DNA of 64,000 bases from Podarcis cretensis (lineage: Eukaryota), in assembly GCA_951804945.1 (NCBI GenBank), contig OX638149.1, positions 101,618,001-101,682,000 of the forward strand, given 5' to 3'. The notes below the pieces were generated by a model, which saw only the letters and a program-made list of their open reading frames with translations, searched no databases and was not told where the DNA came from. How positions within the stretch are numbered: position 1 is the stretch's first letter; each line of letters begins with the position of its first letter. Both the position numbers and the translations under genes were made by a program. This document shows, piece by piece, positions 23,336 to 35,453 of the stretch.

Positions 23336-26300
23336 CATAATGCATACAGAATCATGGTGTCTAAGTCTAAACAGATTGAAAGTCCCATTCATATGCAATC
23401 CCTTTTGCATAGTTCTATGCTATGTGCTGCTGTTTGCAACGATATTATCATTTAACTGAGTTTGGGAGCATCTCAGTATGATGTATACTTTGTTTAGTCC
23501 CTTTAAATAAAACAAGCATATCTGTATTGTATTTGCATTGCAGCTGACTGAAGGATCCTAGCAGCGCAACGACAATGAGCATCGGTCTCAACAAACAACA
23601 ACAAAAGAGAGAGCACTATGAAAAACAATAGATGACAGCAAGTATTACCTGCAAAGCTGCAAATATAAAAGTTACAGAAGTAGACCTCAGCTTCATTAAA
23701 TCATTTTAGCTTTGTTCAAGTCATTGGAGCACCTCCAGTTTACAGCACCCCAGGACGAGCTCAAAGTAAATTGGTCTCTTTGTAACAAAACAATGAAACA
23801 ACTGTATACATATACTCTCAGAAAGAAGAAACTGTTTTGGCTTTTAGTTTTGTTTTGGTACATTTCACTCCAAGTGAAAGCTTCCAGTTTCCATCAACAG
23901 GATGCCATTCATTCTGGCTTATGCTTAAAGTGTTGCAGTACAATTAAGCTGTTCCAGACTTCCACATAAATGACCCATTCAAATTAACTTGAGAAGGGTG
24001 GTTGTATTGGTATCAGAGACTTAATGGCTTGAAAACGGTAAATGTGCATCTAGGCCTGATTATTGTACAGTAGTGACACAATAAGATCTAAATGAATGGA
24101 CTGTGTCCTCCTACTGTGCCTAAAGCTTATTTGTGCAACTTAATGATCAAGCCCAACCACATTCAGTTTCAGAGTGAATAACACAGACTTATTGGAGATA
24201 TTAATGCACCCATAGTTGCTGATTGGTTCTCTCATGCGACGGTTTTCTTCCAGTCATTGTCTAATGAAAGTGAGAAAGGTGAAACCAATCTTTTGCATAC
24301 TTACTTGGAATCAGCTCACTGATTTCAACAAGACTTACTCCCTAGTAAGTGTGTATAGGATCAGTGCTTCAGGGGCTTGAAAATAAATAACCCAGCTGAA
24401 ATTTCTAAGATGCGAGAAGAGCTTTTAATGCAGGCTGCTGTAGGCAATCTCCAACAAGCACCAACATTCTTCAATTTGGTTATGTCTCTTTTCTCTTAGC
24501 CCTGCTTTCTGCATGTAATTTTCCAAACCATCATTTCCACTTCCCTCTCACCTGATATTAGTGAGAAAATAACAGACATTTGTTCAACTTGTTTTCAGCC
24601 TCACTTTGCATTACTTCCATTTTAAAAAAAAAAAGAAATTCTTTCTCCCATTGTGAATAACATTTTCTCTTGTAATGGATCCTTGGTGAAGTTGGAATTG
24701 CTTGAATGATTTGCTCTAACTGCTGTAACTACATTGATAGGTTTTAACTTTGTGGAAAATTTTGGTCCCATGGGGTTTTCCTCCTTTTTAAAGCTATGGA
24801 GCTGATAGCTTTTTATTACTGGGGAACATAAAGAAAGGCAAATGGAAATAACACATGAATGATTAGGCAGTGCAAGTGTCCCCCCACAGCATGTTGCAGT
24901 TAAATGTCCCAAACCAATGAGAAGCATGAAAAATATATATGAAGGCATATACTAATAGCAATTTCAAAACTCTGTCAGTCCTTATGTAGTCAAAATGTTA
25001 CCATCTACAACTGAAAGAAAGGTATCGGCAGGCTTAGGAGGACCTTAAGGCTTGTATAAGTATAAATTATCTTGTGGGGGAGAACTCTGGGGAACCCCAT
25101 TCTCCCTCCCCAAGCCCAGAGTCTGTTCACTGGAGAGAATAATGCAGACAATCTTTTTAGCAGGGAGGGATGAAAAACCAGGGAGAGGAAAATGGAATGG
25201 GCTATTGACACTGAGAGGACATTGAACAGAAAGACCCCACACTGCAACAATTGTACATTGTTGTCTTAAGTTAAAAGTATTATTTTCTGTAACACACACA
25301 CACACACCAGCTTAGAACTAGAGCTGTGATCAGGCTGACTTGACGTTGGGGCCAACAGATTGTGATATGCAGGTTTTGAGAGCAGTCTTCATTAGATGCA
25401 GTGAAGTGCCAAAGTGATGAGATTTATAGGGATTATCTGGCAAAACCATGGGTACAAAACCATAGCAGTAGTTCAAAAAGAAGGAATGCATGTTTCTTTA
25501 AGATGCAATTGGAACAAGGATAGCTAGAAACCACCCTCTTGAGAAATTTCACTAGTCTTAACTTTGCTTGAAATTCACATTTTTCTCAAACCAAACATTT
25601 CCATTTCTCCCTTGAAATTTTGCTTTAAGGTCAATATGAACGCCAATTCTAGGTCCAGTATTGGATTTACACCAATTATTTGCATTACAAATATTAGGAA
25701 GTGGCATAAAGCAACCATTACAGTCATGGGTAACTATGCTCCTTAAGCAGTTTTTAAATGGTCCACTTCTTTGAAATCATTTCCTTGCTCCGCCCCCCTC
25801 AATTTGCTGGATAACTGTGTTAAAAGTTTATTTCCCCCCCCCTTACCTATGAATGCCTTCCTAAACCTTTAAAATGTGTTCCACTCTGAATCTGCCCTAA
25901 AAAGAATGCCTATAGTTCAGAAATCGCATTATTGCACATGCACATTGCAGTGGATGATGCTAGCTAATAAGTAACATTGAGCAGTAACATCATTAGGGGA
26001 AAAAACAGTTTGGCATTTGGAAAGGAGCAATTAAGAAATCGCAAGAGGATGCAGATTGCCTTATTGACTAAATTTGGTTTTTGAATTCTTAATGCCTCCT
26101 GTACATTATTTTAGGAATCTTACTTGCAAAATTAGAGTGTGCCTCTAATCTTTAGTTGAAAAAATATCTTCAGAATTATAGTTAATTAAGTCAAGCTAGC
26201 CTGCACATTTTTCTTAAGGAAAAAGAGAAACCAGAAACATAAACTGAAACCTACAGTTCACACACACGAAGACTGAGAAGCCCCTACCAATTGCACAAGA

Positions 26301-27097
26301 AAGAATTCTTCAGAGCACATTGTCCAACCATTTCAAGAACAAAATTGTGAACCTCTGCAACTGAATTGAAAATCAAAGAAAATGTGGCAAAGACTTCTTT
26401 AGTTTGCAGAATGCTTAAATAGCTGCTGGTATTCTTTATATTCTAAGAGACTGACATAAAAGCTTTGTTAATGGATTTTTCTGGTGATTTAATACAACAC
26501 ACTAAAAGCAGTGTTTAATGCCTGTTGTAGTAAGAAATGAATGTTGTCTCATGTAAATTGTCATTCATTAGTTATAAGGAACCTATTAGTAATTTTAAAG
26601 GGTGTTTTTTTTTCTCTTAAACTTAATTAGCATCACACATTTTGAGGCTTCCTTGTGTCAATTGTTGTAATGATTTGGTGTCTGTGCATGCTAAAGAATG
26701 GGCTGATAATAAGTGCCTCAGCTTGAGAGAAATGATAGTAAGGTGAACAAAAGGGTGTTAATTACCCATACAATTAAAATGTCCAATACCAGCAATATTG
26801 TAACACTTCCCCACTTATGGTTCGGATATTTATGTACCCAACTTGAATAAATGTCAGCAGAAAAACGTAGATGTTGATCTTTGCAGAAATGTAGTGAGTA
26901 TAGGTAACAGAAGTACAAGGTTTATGATGACAGCAAAATAGTAGGCACGTAATTTGAAGATCCTATACAATAACCATCTGCTATTCTTTTTATTCTTTCT
27001 GATTTAAAAGGAAACGAGCAAATGGCAAAAATATTTTGTAAATGCACAGTGTTCCCTGAATTTCACAGGACCATACAACATTTCCCTCAACTATTGG

Positions 27098-27320
27098 GCC
27101 AGGGTGGTATATCGGTTAGAGTGTCAGACTAGGACCTGAGATACCAGGGTACAAATCTCCACTTGGCCATCAAGATTATCATGGGGGGGGGGGAGGTGTT
27201 CTAAAGCCAGTTGCTACCTCTCAGCCTAAACAACACCACAGAGTTGTTGAGAAAGGGGCGAACCATGCATGGCACCCTGAGCTGCTTGGAGGGAAAAAAG
27301 TGGGATATAATTGTAAATAA
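27098..27320 (+). mobile_element. tRNA-derived SINE (Squam3/CORE-like), degenerate
   Basis: Box A/B-like head (gtggtatatcggttagagtgtcagactagg...gggtacaaatctcc), ctctcagccta core, and a gggatataa...aataa tail. Confidence 0.7.
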
Positions 27321-27383
27321 TATATATATCATATTAAAATATGCATAATTAAATTAAATATTTACTAGAATTAAAGTTGGAGG

Positions 27384-27415
27384 GTTTGTTTGTTTGTTTG
27401 TTTGTTTGTTTGTTT
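27384..27415. repeat. (GTTT)n microsatellite
   Basis: Direct observation. Confidence 0.9.
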
Positions 27416-29496
27416 TAAAAAAGAAATGTGAAGCAACAACACACAAACAAAAAACACCCTACCAGAATGTCCAGCTCATTTAATACAAGTTTGAGAAAAG
27501 TATGTTTTCATAATTATTAATTCTTTTGGTATTTCCTATACAATGTTCTCATCTTATAGTTGAGGAATTCAAGAGTTGGATACAGGATCTCCCCTCTCTG
27601 GAGGTAGCAGCCCTAAGGAGAGTTATGTCCAATAAGCTCCCATCAGCAGAAAAAGGAGAAGTCTCCCCCCCCCCCAAAAAAAAATAAAACCCTCCTCCCT
27701 TGTAGCCCCCAGTGCTTTGCTGTTCTAGAGCGTCTTCCAACTTTCTGAAATAGTGGGAAGATGGAAGCAGGAGGAGAGGACAACTGACAAATATTGTCTC
27801 TTCCCCTGTTCCACCACGGGGATTTTTCCACTAAAAGATTAAAAAGCCTTCTGTTCTCAGGAGGCAAAATCTGGATCCAAGCCATAGTATTTTCTACTCT
27901 TAGCAATTATGAAAATGGGAAAATATTATGGAGGGCTGACTCTCAGTAGTCGGGGGTTGGAGGCATGTGGAAAAGATAAAGGTTTGGGGCAAGAACTGTC
28001 TTTTAGTTGTACACCTGTTGGCTATAACCCACCTTCTTAGTTTAAAATGTTGTTTTTCCTGGGTGATGTTCACCGCTATATTAATGTGTAATTTAGGTAC
28101 TTACATGAGAATTTGTCATTATAACATTCATACTTTTTAAAACAAAATATGTTATTTACAGAGCCAACGTGGTCCTTTTAAATTATGGATCACTTTTAAA
28201 ATAGAGGGGATGAGGGAACCAAAGTATTGTATTATTTAATCTGTGTTGTCACTAATTTTCAAGCTTTTTTACTTTTAATGCAGCAGTGTAATGTATACTT
28301 TTAAGAAAATAATTGCCTGTTTTTCAGTGTATTTCATTCACTTTTGTCCTCTAGAAGAACACATAAATGTAAATGAAATCTCACTGAAACAGAATGTGTA
28401 AATCACTTCTTCATACGATGTACTGCACAGAAATAATATAAAACCATTTTACCTGTGAGAATTCACAGTTGAACATTATAGCAGTTATAAAGTGCCTTTT
28501 TACGATGTAAAAGCAAAAACTGCATCTAGAAGAAAAACTTTACAAATCACAGACATTGTGACTTCTTTTTGGCTTTAACATGCTGAATAGTGCGCAGGGG
28601 GAGGAGAAGGGAGATCGTTCGGTTGCTGATGGAATGATCAGAGGGCCTTGATTTCTTTCCTATGTTTCTATGAGGAGTTGCATGTGCAATGAGAATATGA
28701 ACACCACTCACAAACACTTATCCATTGTGATTGACAGATATTTTTATAGTGTTCGGATTGACTGTCAGTAGGGTACTTTTATACGATGGCATCTAACAAC
28801 ATCATTGCCACTCATGCAATGGAACTTCCCTTCCCTCTCTTTCCCCCATGAAATTTACTCCAGAGAGTTGAGGGGAACATCCAGAGTAGATATGAGGTGA
28901 AGTGGAGAGGGGCAGGGAAGGAAGGAGAAGTTATGTTGCACAGGCAGAAGACTTCTGCTCAGGCAGTGATTTCCTTGACTTCAACCCTCCGTTTACTTCT
29001 TTTGTATTGGTATGCTGTTCACAATTTTATAAGCCGTTGGGTCAAATAACATTATATAAATGAACCATAACATAACTATGTTACAAAAGTTACATCAACA
29101 GGATTAACTGTACCAAGGGCCTCCAATTCCATTCAGAAACTAAATGACTAAAAGATATATCCGGGTTCCAAGCAGACCAGCTACTCAACCAAGTCAGAAC
29201 AGAGCAGATCCACATTTCTATTCCACTTCTTCTCAGTTGGGAGTACCAGTATCCTGTTAGAGCAGCAGACAACTTTCAACTGGAAATTCTGTTCTACACC
29301 CAAGCTTCTGAGACTTATGTGCAGGTTCTTCAAAAGTACATATAGTAATACATTGAAAGCAAACATGAGATCAGTTTTAATTTGTGAAGAATTGTTTTGT
29401 TAAACACAAACAGCATACTTTGTGTCTGAATCCTGAACATAGTATAGAAATAGCATACTTGATGGTTCAGTTGACTGAGGTAACCTTTTATAGATA

Positions 29497-29568
29497 CAGT
29501 TGTACCTCAGGTTACAAATGCTTCAAGTTACAAACACTTTGGGTTACAAGCTCTGCTAACCCAAAAGT
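29497..29568. mobile_element. Tc1/Mariner MITE end fragment
   Basis: TA|CAGTTGTACCTCAGGTTACA..., homologous to the 11251 element. Confidence 0.6.
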
Positions 29569-29985
29569 TAACAATGCAGAAGTAGAGGCTGTTCCCTCCT
29601 CCCAACTTTCTGGCTTTTTCTGTTAATGCATAAGGAAGGGAATTTCGCAGCATTTTCAACTGCCTCACAAAATCTGCTTGGGCACACTTCATAGGAGCTG
29701 AGAAGCCTTTAAATAAAACAAGAAGCAATAATTCCTTGGGACTCAGTGATTAAATTTAATAAACTACTAGGACTCCCATCTCCCTTGTTTCACCAACAAT
29801 ATTTCATCCCACAACAAAATTGAGGATGTGAGGGGAAAGAAACCAGCCCTTTTGGGAGAAAGTGAATTATAAAACCTTCGGTGTGAGGTATTAGAGAAAC
29901 AAAAGGTGTGCAGTTTTAAGAAATATGTCAAAAGTCACAGGCGCAGTATTACTTGCCAACAAGGAATTTTGCACTGCATTATCTA

Positions 29986-30285
29986 CAGGGCCGTCTTACA
30001 CATAGGCACTAGGGGTGTGCAGGGCACCTGGGCACTGGGCTCTCAGGGGCACCAGGCTGAGAGTCCATGGTCCGAGAGTTGAGTCCAGGGAAGAGCCAAC
30101 CTGTTGGTCAGAGCACCACAGCGAGCGGCTCTGCGCCGTGAGTTCGGGGGTGACCAAGCCAATGAGACGCTGAGGTGGCCAGCCAGCTCTGCCCTCCTGC
30201 ACACCTGGGACAGGGCAATCTGGGGAGATGGGCGCGCCGGGCAGATCTTTGCACCCCAACACTGCATATGTTTAAGACAGCCCTG
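29986..30285. mobile_element. Non-autonomous hAT element
   Basis: TIRs CAGGGCCGTCTTA / TAAGACAGCCCTG; perfect 8-bp TSD ATTATCTA. Confidence 0.92.
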
Positions 30286-30724
30286 ATTATCTATTTGCTA
30301 AAAGGTATTTGGGACTTCCCTTCTCCTTAGTCTGGAAACTACTGGTAGTGGACAACACTGAAACACAATTGCTGACAGGAGTGATAGAGTGTGTCAGCAC
30401 ATTATACTTGTGCTCAATGATCTGCAATGGCTGCCAGTTTGCTATTGGGCCATGGCAAGGTGTATATATCTATAGTCCATAACACACTGGCATCAGTTTA
30501 CTGCAAGTGCCACACAACATCCATCATTCCTTTAGTGTGGCAACACCTTGCTCTGCAATGCCCTGCCTACTCACATTAGGCAGGCATCTTCACTATGACG
30601 TTTTAGAGGCCGGCTGAAAAATTCTGTTTCAGAGGACACAATATCTTATTACACCTTCTTTTAAATTAGTTTAATGTTTTACTGCATTTAGATGTTTCAA
30701 ACTGTGTTTAAAGATTTTTAATTA

Positions 30725-32451
30725 CACTTCCGGGTTGGCGCCATCACCGAATGGCGGACTCCCTCCGAGCTCCGGAGGGAGCCTGCTCGGCAGGGGTTGG
30801 GTTCTACCGCGTCGGTGTCACGGGGACCCTCAAAAACCATGGGCGCTGAAACCCATGGGCATGGTGACTCGGCGGGCACCGTTTGCGCCCCCCGACCCGC
30901 GAAGGAGCCTTTTTAAAGGCTACGGAGCGGGAGCCAGGGGGGGTGTGGTGCTATGAGTCCTCCACTTCCCCTGCCGAGCGAAGCCGCATGCCATTTGGCG
31001 GAGAGCGCTGACTTCTTCCATTGAAAATTCGGATTAAAAAGAATAACCTGTGAGCAATTGGAAACTGGACTTAAAAAGGGAAAAAAATTTAAATTCGGAG
31101 CGAGCGGGGGAGGTGCAAAGAGGAAGTCCATCTCCCCCCTGTCGTAGAGGATTTAAAGCAAAGGATTTAACAACTAAGATCGAGTGCTACCTTGGTTTGA
31201 TAAAGTTACTAATTTCACGATGGAAAATTATAAGACTGGGCTGGAGGAGAAAAGTAGAACGTGAGCTAAAATGCAACCCCCCCCCCCCCGGGAACCGGGA
31301 GCGATCTGCGAGAGCGCCGGGAGAGGAGAAACAGAGGCTTTGACAGCTGTCAAAGGAGCTGTCAAAGCTGAAGAATAAAAAGAGAATTTTGTTATGAGGA
31401 CTTTGCCGGTTACATTTGTTACAAATTAGATATAAATTGTTTAAAACAAGGAATAACAAGTTACTTTGACTGTTGGGTGCGATCTGGAAGGAAACTGAGT
31501 TACTATAATCCCTCTAGAGGGGCTGTGGGACACTACAAGTATTGTTGGCATGGAATTTGAATTGGACTTTTTATCTCCTGGGAAACTGCAGAAATGGAAC
31601 ACTATTTTGTCTACAGAGGTCTCTACACTAAAGGAGACAATAGATTTATCTATTGAAGAATGGAAGGGACTTGACGTAAAGTTTTGTTCCTGAATAACAA
31701 AGCCTCTGTAGGGGATTTAGAAGCTTTTGGAATTGGAACATTTTTGCAGGAGAGCAGGAAAAGAAACTAGAGGAAAGTGAGGAGAGAGAATAATAAGAAC
31801 AACATGAACAACAAGAATTGGATAAAGTTGGAAGTGGGAACATTTGGGACATCCAGATTTGAAAGGTTTAAAGAAACAAAATTGGAGTTTTACTCTTAAA
31901 TACAGAGATCTGGATGGAAAAAATGGACCTTTTTGAGATAGAGTTTTTCTGAGATTGGACGCTCGAAACTAAAGATGATTAAAAAGATGGCAAAGACTAT
32001 TAAAAAGACGGCAAAGTGGACTTGTGAAGGATTTTGGCCTAGATGTGGGATCTCCAGGATGACAACAGGCATTGATGGACATTGGGGAACGCAACCGGGA
32101 AAGGGGGGAGGGAAATTTGGAATCCAAAGGGTGTTAAATTATATTTTATTCTATTTTCTATTTTCTTTTATTTTAATCTGTTCTGCATATTAAAGAGGGG
32201 AACTCGTGGAAGGGAGCGGGGTCGATTTTAGGGGATGGAAAAACATTTTTAACATTGGGTTAATTATAATAAGTTTAAAATTTGGGGTAAGAACTTGTTG
32301 AATCTATTTGAAGGAATTGGAATACAAGAGGGGGTGGGGTGGGGAAGTCCTGGAAAGATGCCAATGGAAATAAGGTTATAAAATGGATGTTTTATTTCTT
32401 TTCTTTTTTCTGTTATATTTGAAAATGTTCAATAAATATTATTAAAAAAAA
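30725..32451 (+). mobile_element. Full-length non-autonomous L1-derived retroelement (1.7 kb, no intact ORF)
   Basis: 16-bp TSD TAAAGATTTTTAATTA (30709-30724 and 32452-32467); AATAAA plus A-tail; CpG-rich 5' UTR and G-rich 3' UTR homologous to the 32660-35805 element. Confidence 0.85.
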
Positions 32452-33605
32452 TAAAGATTTTTAATTAAGATTTATTTTTAATTGTGCTGTTTTAATGCAG
32501 ATCTGTTTGCCACCCTGGACTTCTTTAGGGAAGCATATTAAATAAATAAACTAATTCATCTTCATGTAGTAATAGGCAATATATTGCATACTCTTGCCCA
32601 CTGAGTTCAGTGTTCCAGATAGTGTCAGCACCATGAAGCAACAATTTGATATTCTTAAGGGGACTTCCGGGTTAGCACCATCGGTAATGGCGGAATCCTT
32701 CTGACTAGGAGGGATTTGCCTTGAGGAAATAGGGTCTGTCCGCTACGGCGAAAGCAGAGACCCCTCCAAAATCACAGGCGGGCGAAGCCTGTGAGCATGG
32801 GATTCGGCGGGCACCTTTTGCGCCCCCCCAGTTCGTGGGGAAACCCAGCCACGGGTTCCGGAGCGAAGCGGGGTGAGTGGCGCGGTGCTGTGAATCGACT
32901 GCTTCTTCCTTGGAGCGAAGCCGCACAGCCGTTACTGGAGAGCGCTGACTTCTTCCTGGGACAATTCAATTTAAAAAGCAACTACCCATGAGTAGGACAA
33001 ATTAGAGGGGGGGGGGAAGGAGGAAAAAGGCTTAATTTGGTACCGAAGCGGGGAGGTGTAAACAGGAAGTCCACCTTCCGCTTTTGTAAATAGATCAAAG
33101 CAAAGAGAATACAAGCTAAATTCTTCAAAAACTGATTGGAAAGGACTAAATTCCTAACACAAAAAGTATCGACCCCCCCCTGGAAGTAGGGGAAGGAGGG
33201 GGGAAGCTTTGGACTATATATACCTGCAAGAGAGAGGGGAGGAAGCTAAAATCCACCCCTCAAAACCTGGGAATGGGCTGCCAATAGACAATAAGACTGC
33301 CGTACTTTGAATTGTGTATTGACTGTGAATAGACCACTCGCTGACAGCTAGCAGCAACAGAGATACATTGTTTTCAGCTGTCCTCTTCTGTTCTTAAAAA
33401 GGAGGAAAAGCAACTGGAAAGTATCTGTACATTGAAACTGTTTATTTTTCGCTTGAGTTGGGGTTTAAAAGGTATTATTTTGAACTATTGCAACTGTTTC
33501 CCCCTAGAGGAAGTTTCTGAAATTGATACTAGGGGAATTTTTCCACTGGCAAGATAAACTGTGTTGCTGTGGGACTGACCTTGACTCTTTTATTGTTCAA
33601 GTGTT

Positions 33606-34810
33606 ATGGCAGATGGGAAAGAAAAAGTAGATTCGTCACTCCCAAACAAAACAACAAGGTCTAGGAAGACTTGGCAGCGAACGCCATCAGCCTCTGGTCT
33701 CTCTGCCCCATCTGCAACTGTACTAACACAATCTAAGGCTAGAGGAATGTCATCAGAAGAAGCTCTAGCAATTGCATTAGCCAAGATTAATGAATCTTTG
33801 GAGCAACTTAACAAGAGGGTTGAGGAGACAAAGGTGAAAGTGGATTCCACAAATGCGAAGGTAGATGCTGCAACTACTAAAATCGACTTAAATACAGAAA
33901 GCTTAAATAGCTTGGGACAACAGGTGAATACTAATACAGAATCTATTGAGAAATTGTTGCAGGAATCTACTTTGATTCGACAGACCGCAGATGAAGCTAA
34001 GGAAAAAGTTGCTGCTGTGGAAGTTAAGATAACACAATTGGAAACAGAGAGAGTCCCAGATCTACAGAGGCAACTTGAGGATCATAAGTTGATGCTTTCT
34101 ATGATAGAACTTAAGGAAAAGCAAACGAATTTGAGGATTAGAGCTGTACCTGAATTGGAGAAGGACAGTTTGAAAGACTTTTTGATGCAGGAATTTGCAG
34201 AGTTTTGGAAGTTGGATTTGGGACAAGAAGAATTTAAAATCGTGAGGGCCTTCAGACTTGGAAGAGGAGGGAAGAAGAATAAAATAAGGGTTTGTCTGAT
34301 TACTCTTCGATCTAAAGAAGAGAGAGATAAAATTTTGGGTTTGCATTATCAGAATACTTTGACAATTCTGCAGTCAAGAGCAGAAATATTTAAAGATATC
34401 CCGAAACATCTTTTGGACCTTAGGTCCAATTTTGGAGATTTGGTTGCCCTGCTGAGAAGGAATAAAATCATCTTCAGGTGGGAATTTCCCCAAGGCCTAT
34501 CCTTTTCGTTGTTGTGTATACTGTGTATATACGGACAATGACAATAAATTTATCTAATCTTTAGCTTTAAAGGAAGAAAGATAAAAATAAGATCAGTAGA
34601 GGAGAAAGAAAGTTTTTGAAAAATCACGGAGAAGATCTGCAGAAAGAACTTGGAAAAGAGCCAGGAGTATTGGACAGAAGATCACCAAAAAGAGGAATAC
34701 TGGACATAGCAGGACTATCTTTCGGGTTGGACTGTCCAGAGAAAGGGATACCAGCACCACCGAGAGAACAAGAACAAGCACTGGGTGCTGTTGGAGGAGA
34801 AGCAGAGTAA
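33606..34810 (+). pseudogene. L1 ORF1p (coiled coil + RRM + CTD), disrupted
   Basis: Heptad coiled coil, NLRIRAVPE RRM start, AFRLG, IFKDIP and FRWEFPQGLSF motifs. Interrupted by a net 57-bp insertion (34506-34562) and a 1-bp deletion near 34610. Reconstructs to about 382 aa ending in TAA at 34810. Confidence 0.88.
34506..34562 (+). mobile_element. Extremely truncated LINE 3' tail (Rex1/Babar-like) inserted in ORF1
   Basis: tcgttgttgtgtatactgtgtatatacggacaatgacaataaatttatctaatc flanked by CTTT/CTTT; removing it restores GLSF-SFKGRKIKIRS. Confidence 0.65.
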
Positions 34811-34817
34811 CTACACC

Positions 34818-35453
34818 ATGGCACTGCAAGTATTAAGCTGGAATGTGAATGGACTCAATTCCCCGGAAAAGAGATGGAGGGTTTTTCATTTATTAAAAAA
34901 AGAACAATTGGATTTGATTTGTCTACAAGAAACACATGTGATAAGGTTTCACAGGAAGGTATTGAGCAATAAAAGATTGGGACATGAATTTATTTCATCA
35001 GACAAAGTTAAGAAAAGAGGAGTAGTACTTTATGCAAAGGAGAGCCTATCCCCGAAATTTTTATTTAAAGATGATCAAGGAAGATTTGTTGCAATTGAAA
35101 TTCAATCACAAGGAGAGAAATTTCTGATAGTAGGCATCTATGCACCAAACGAGGGAAAATCGGAATTTTTCAAGAAGTTACATGAAACTCTGATGGACTA
35201 TTTGGATTATAATATGATTTTGATGGGAGACATGAATGGAGTGGTGTCTACAAATATGGACAAGGCACAGAGACAGGTAGTTACCAAAGATGGCATACCC
35301 ACCTGGGTAGAATGGCAGATGAAGGTGATGGACTACATGGAACTGGCGGAAATGACTGGCAGAATCCGAGACCAGGGAGAAGAGTCGGTGGAAGAAGATT
35401 GGAAAAAAATTAAAGTTTATCTACAGAAACATTGTAAAATTAGGGAATGTTAG
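34818..35453 (+). CDS. Shortened L1 ORF2: partial APE endonuclease fused in frame to ORF2 C-terminus (211 aa)
   Basis: ATG 7 nt after the ORF1 stop; motifs SWNVNG, LQETH, IYAPN and GDMN; then a jump at about 35294 to an L1 ORF2 C-terminal-like segment (PTWVEWQMK...EDWKK). No RT, and no RID/SDH motifs. Confidence 0.8.
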   Translation: MALQVLSWNVNGLNSPEKRWRVFHLLKKEQLDLICLQETHVIRFHRKVLSNKRLGHEFISSDKVKKRGVVLYAKESLSPKFLFKDDQGRFVAIEIQSQGEKFLIVGIYAPNEGKSEFFKKLHETLMDYLDYNMILMGDMNGVVSTNMDKAQRQVVTKDGIPTWVEWQMKVMDYMELAEMTGRIRDQGEESVEEDWKKIKVYLQKHCKIREC

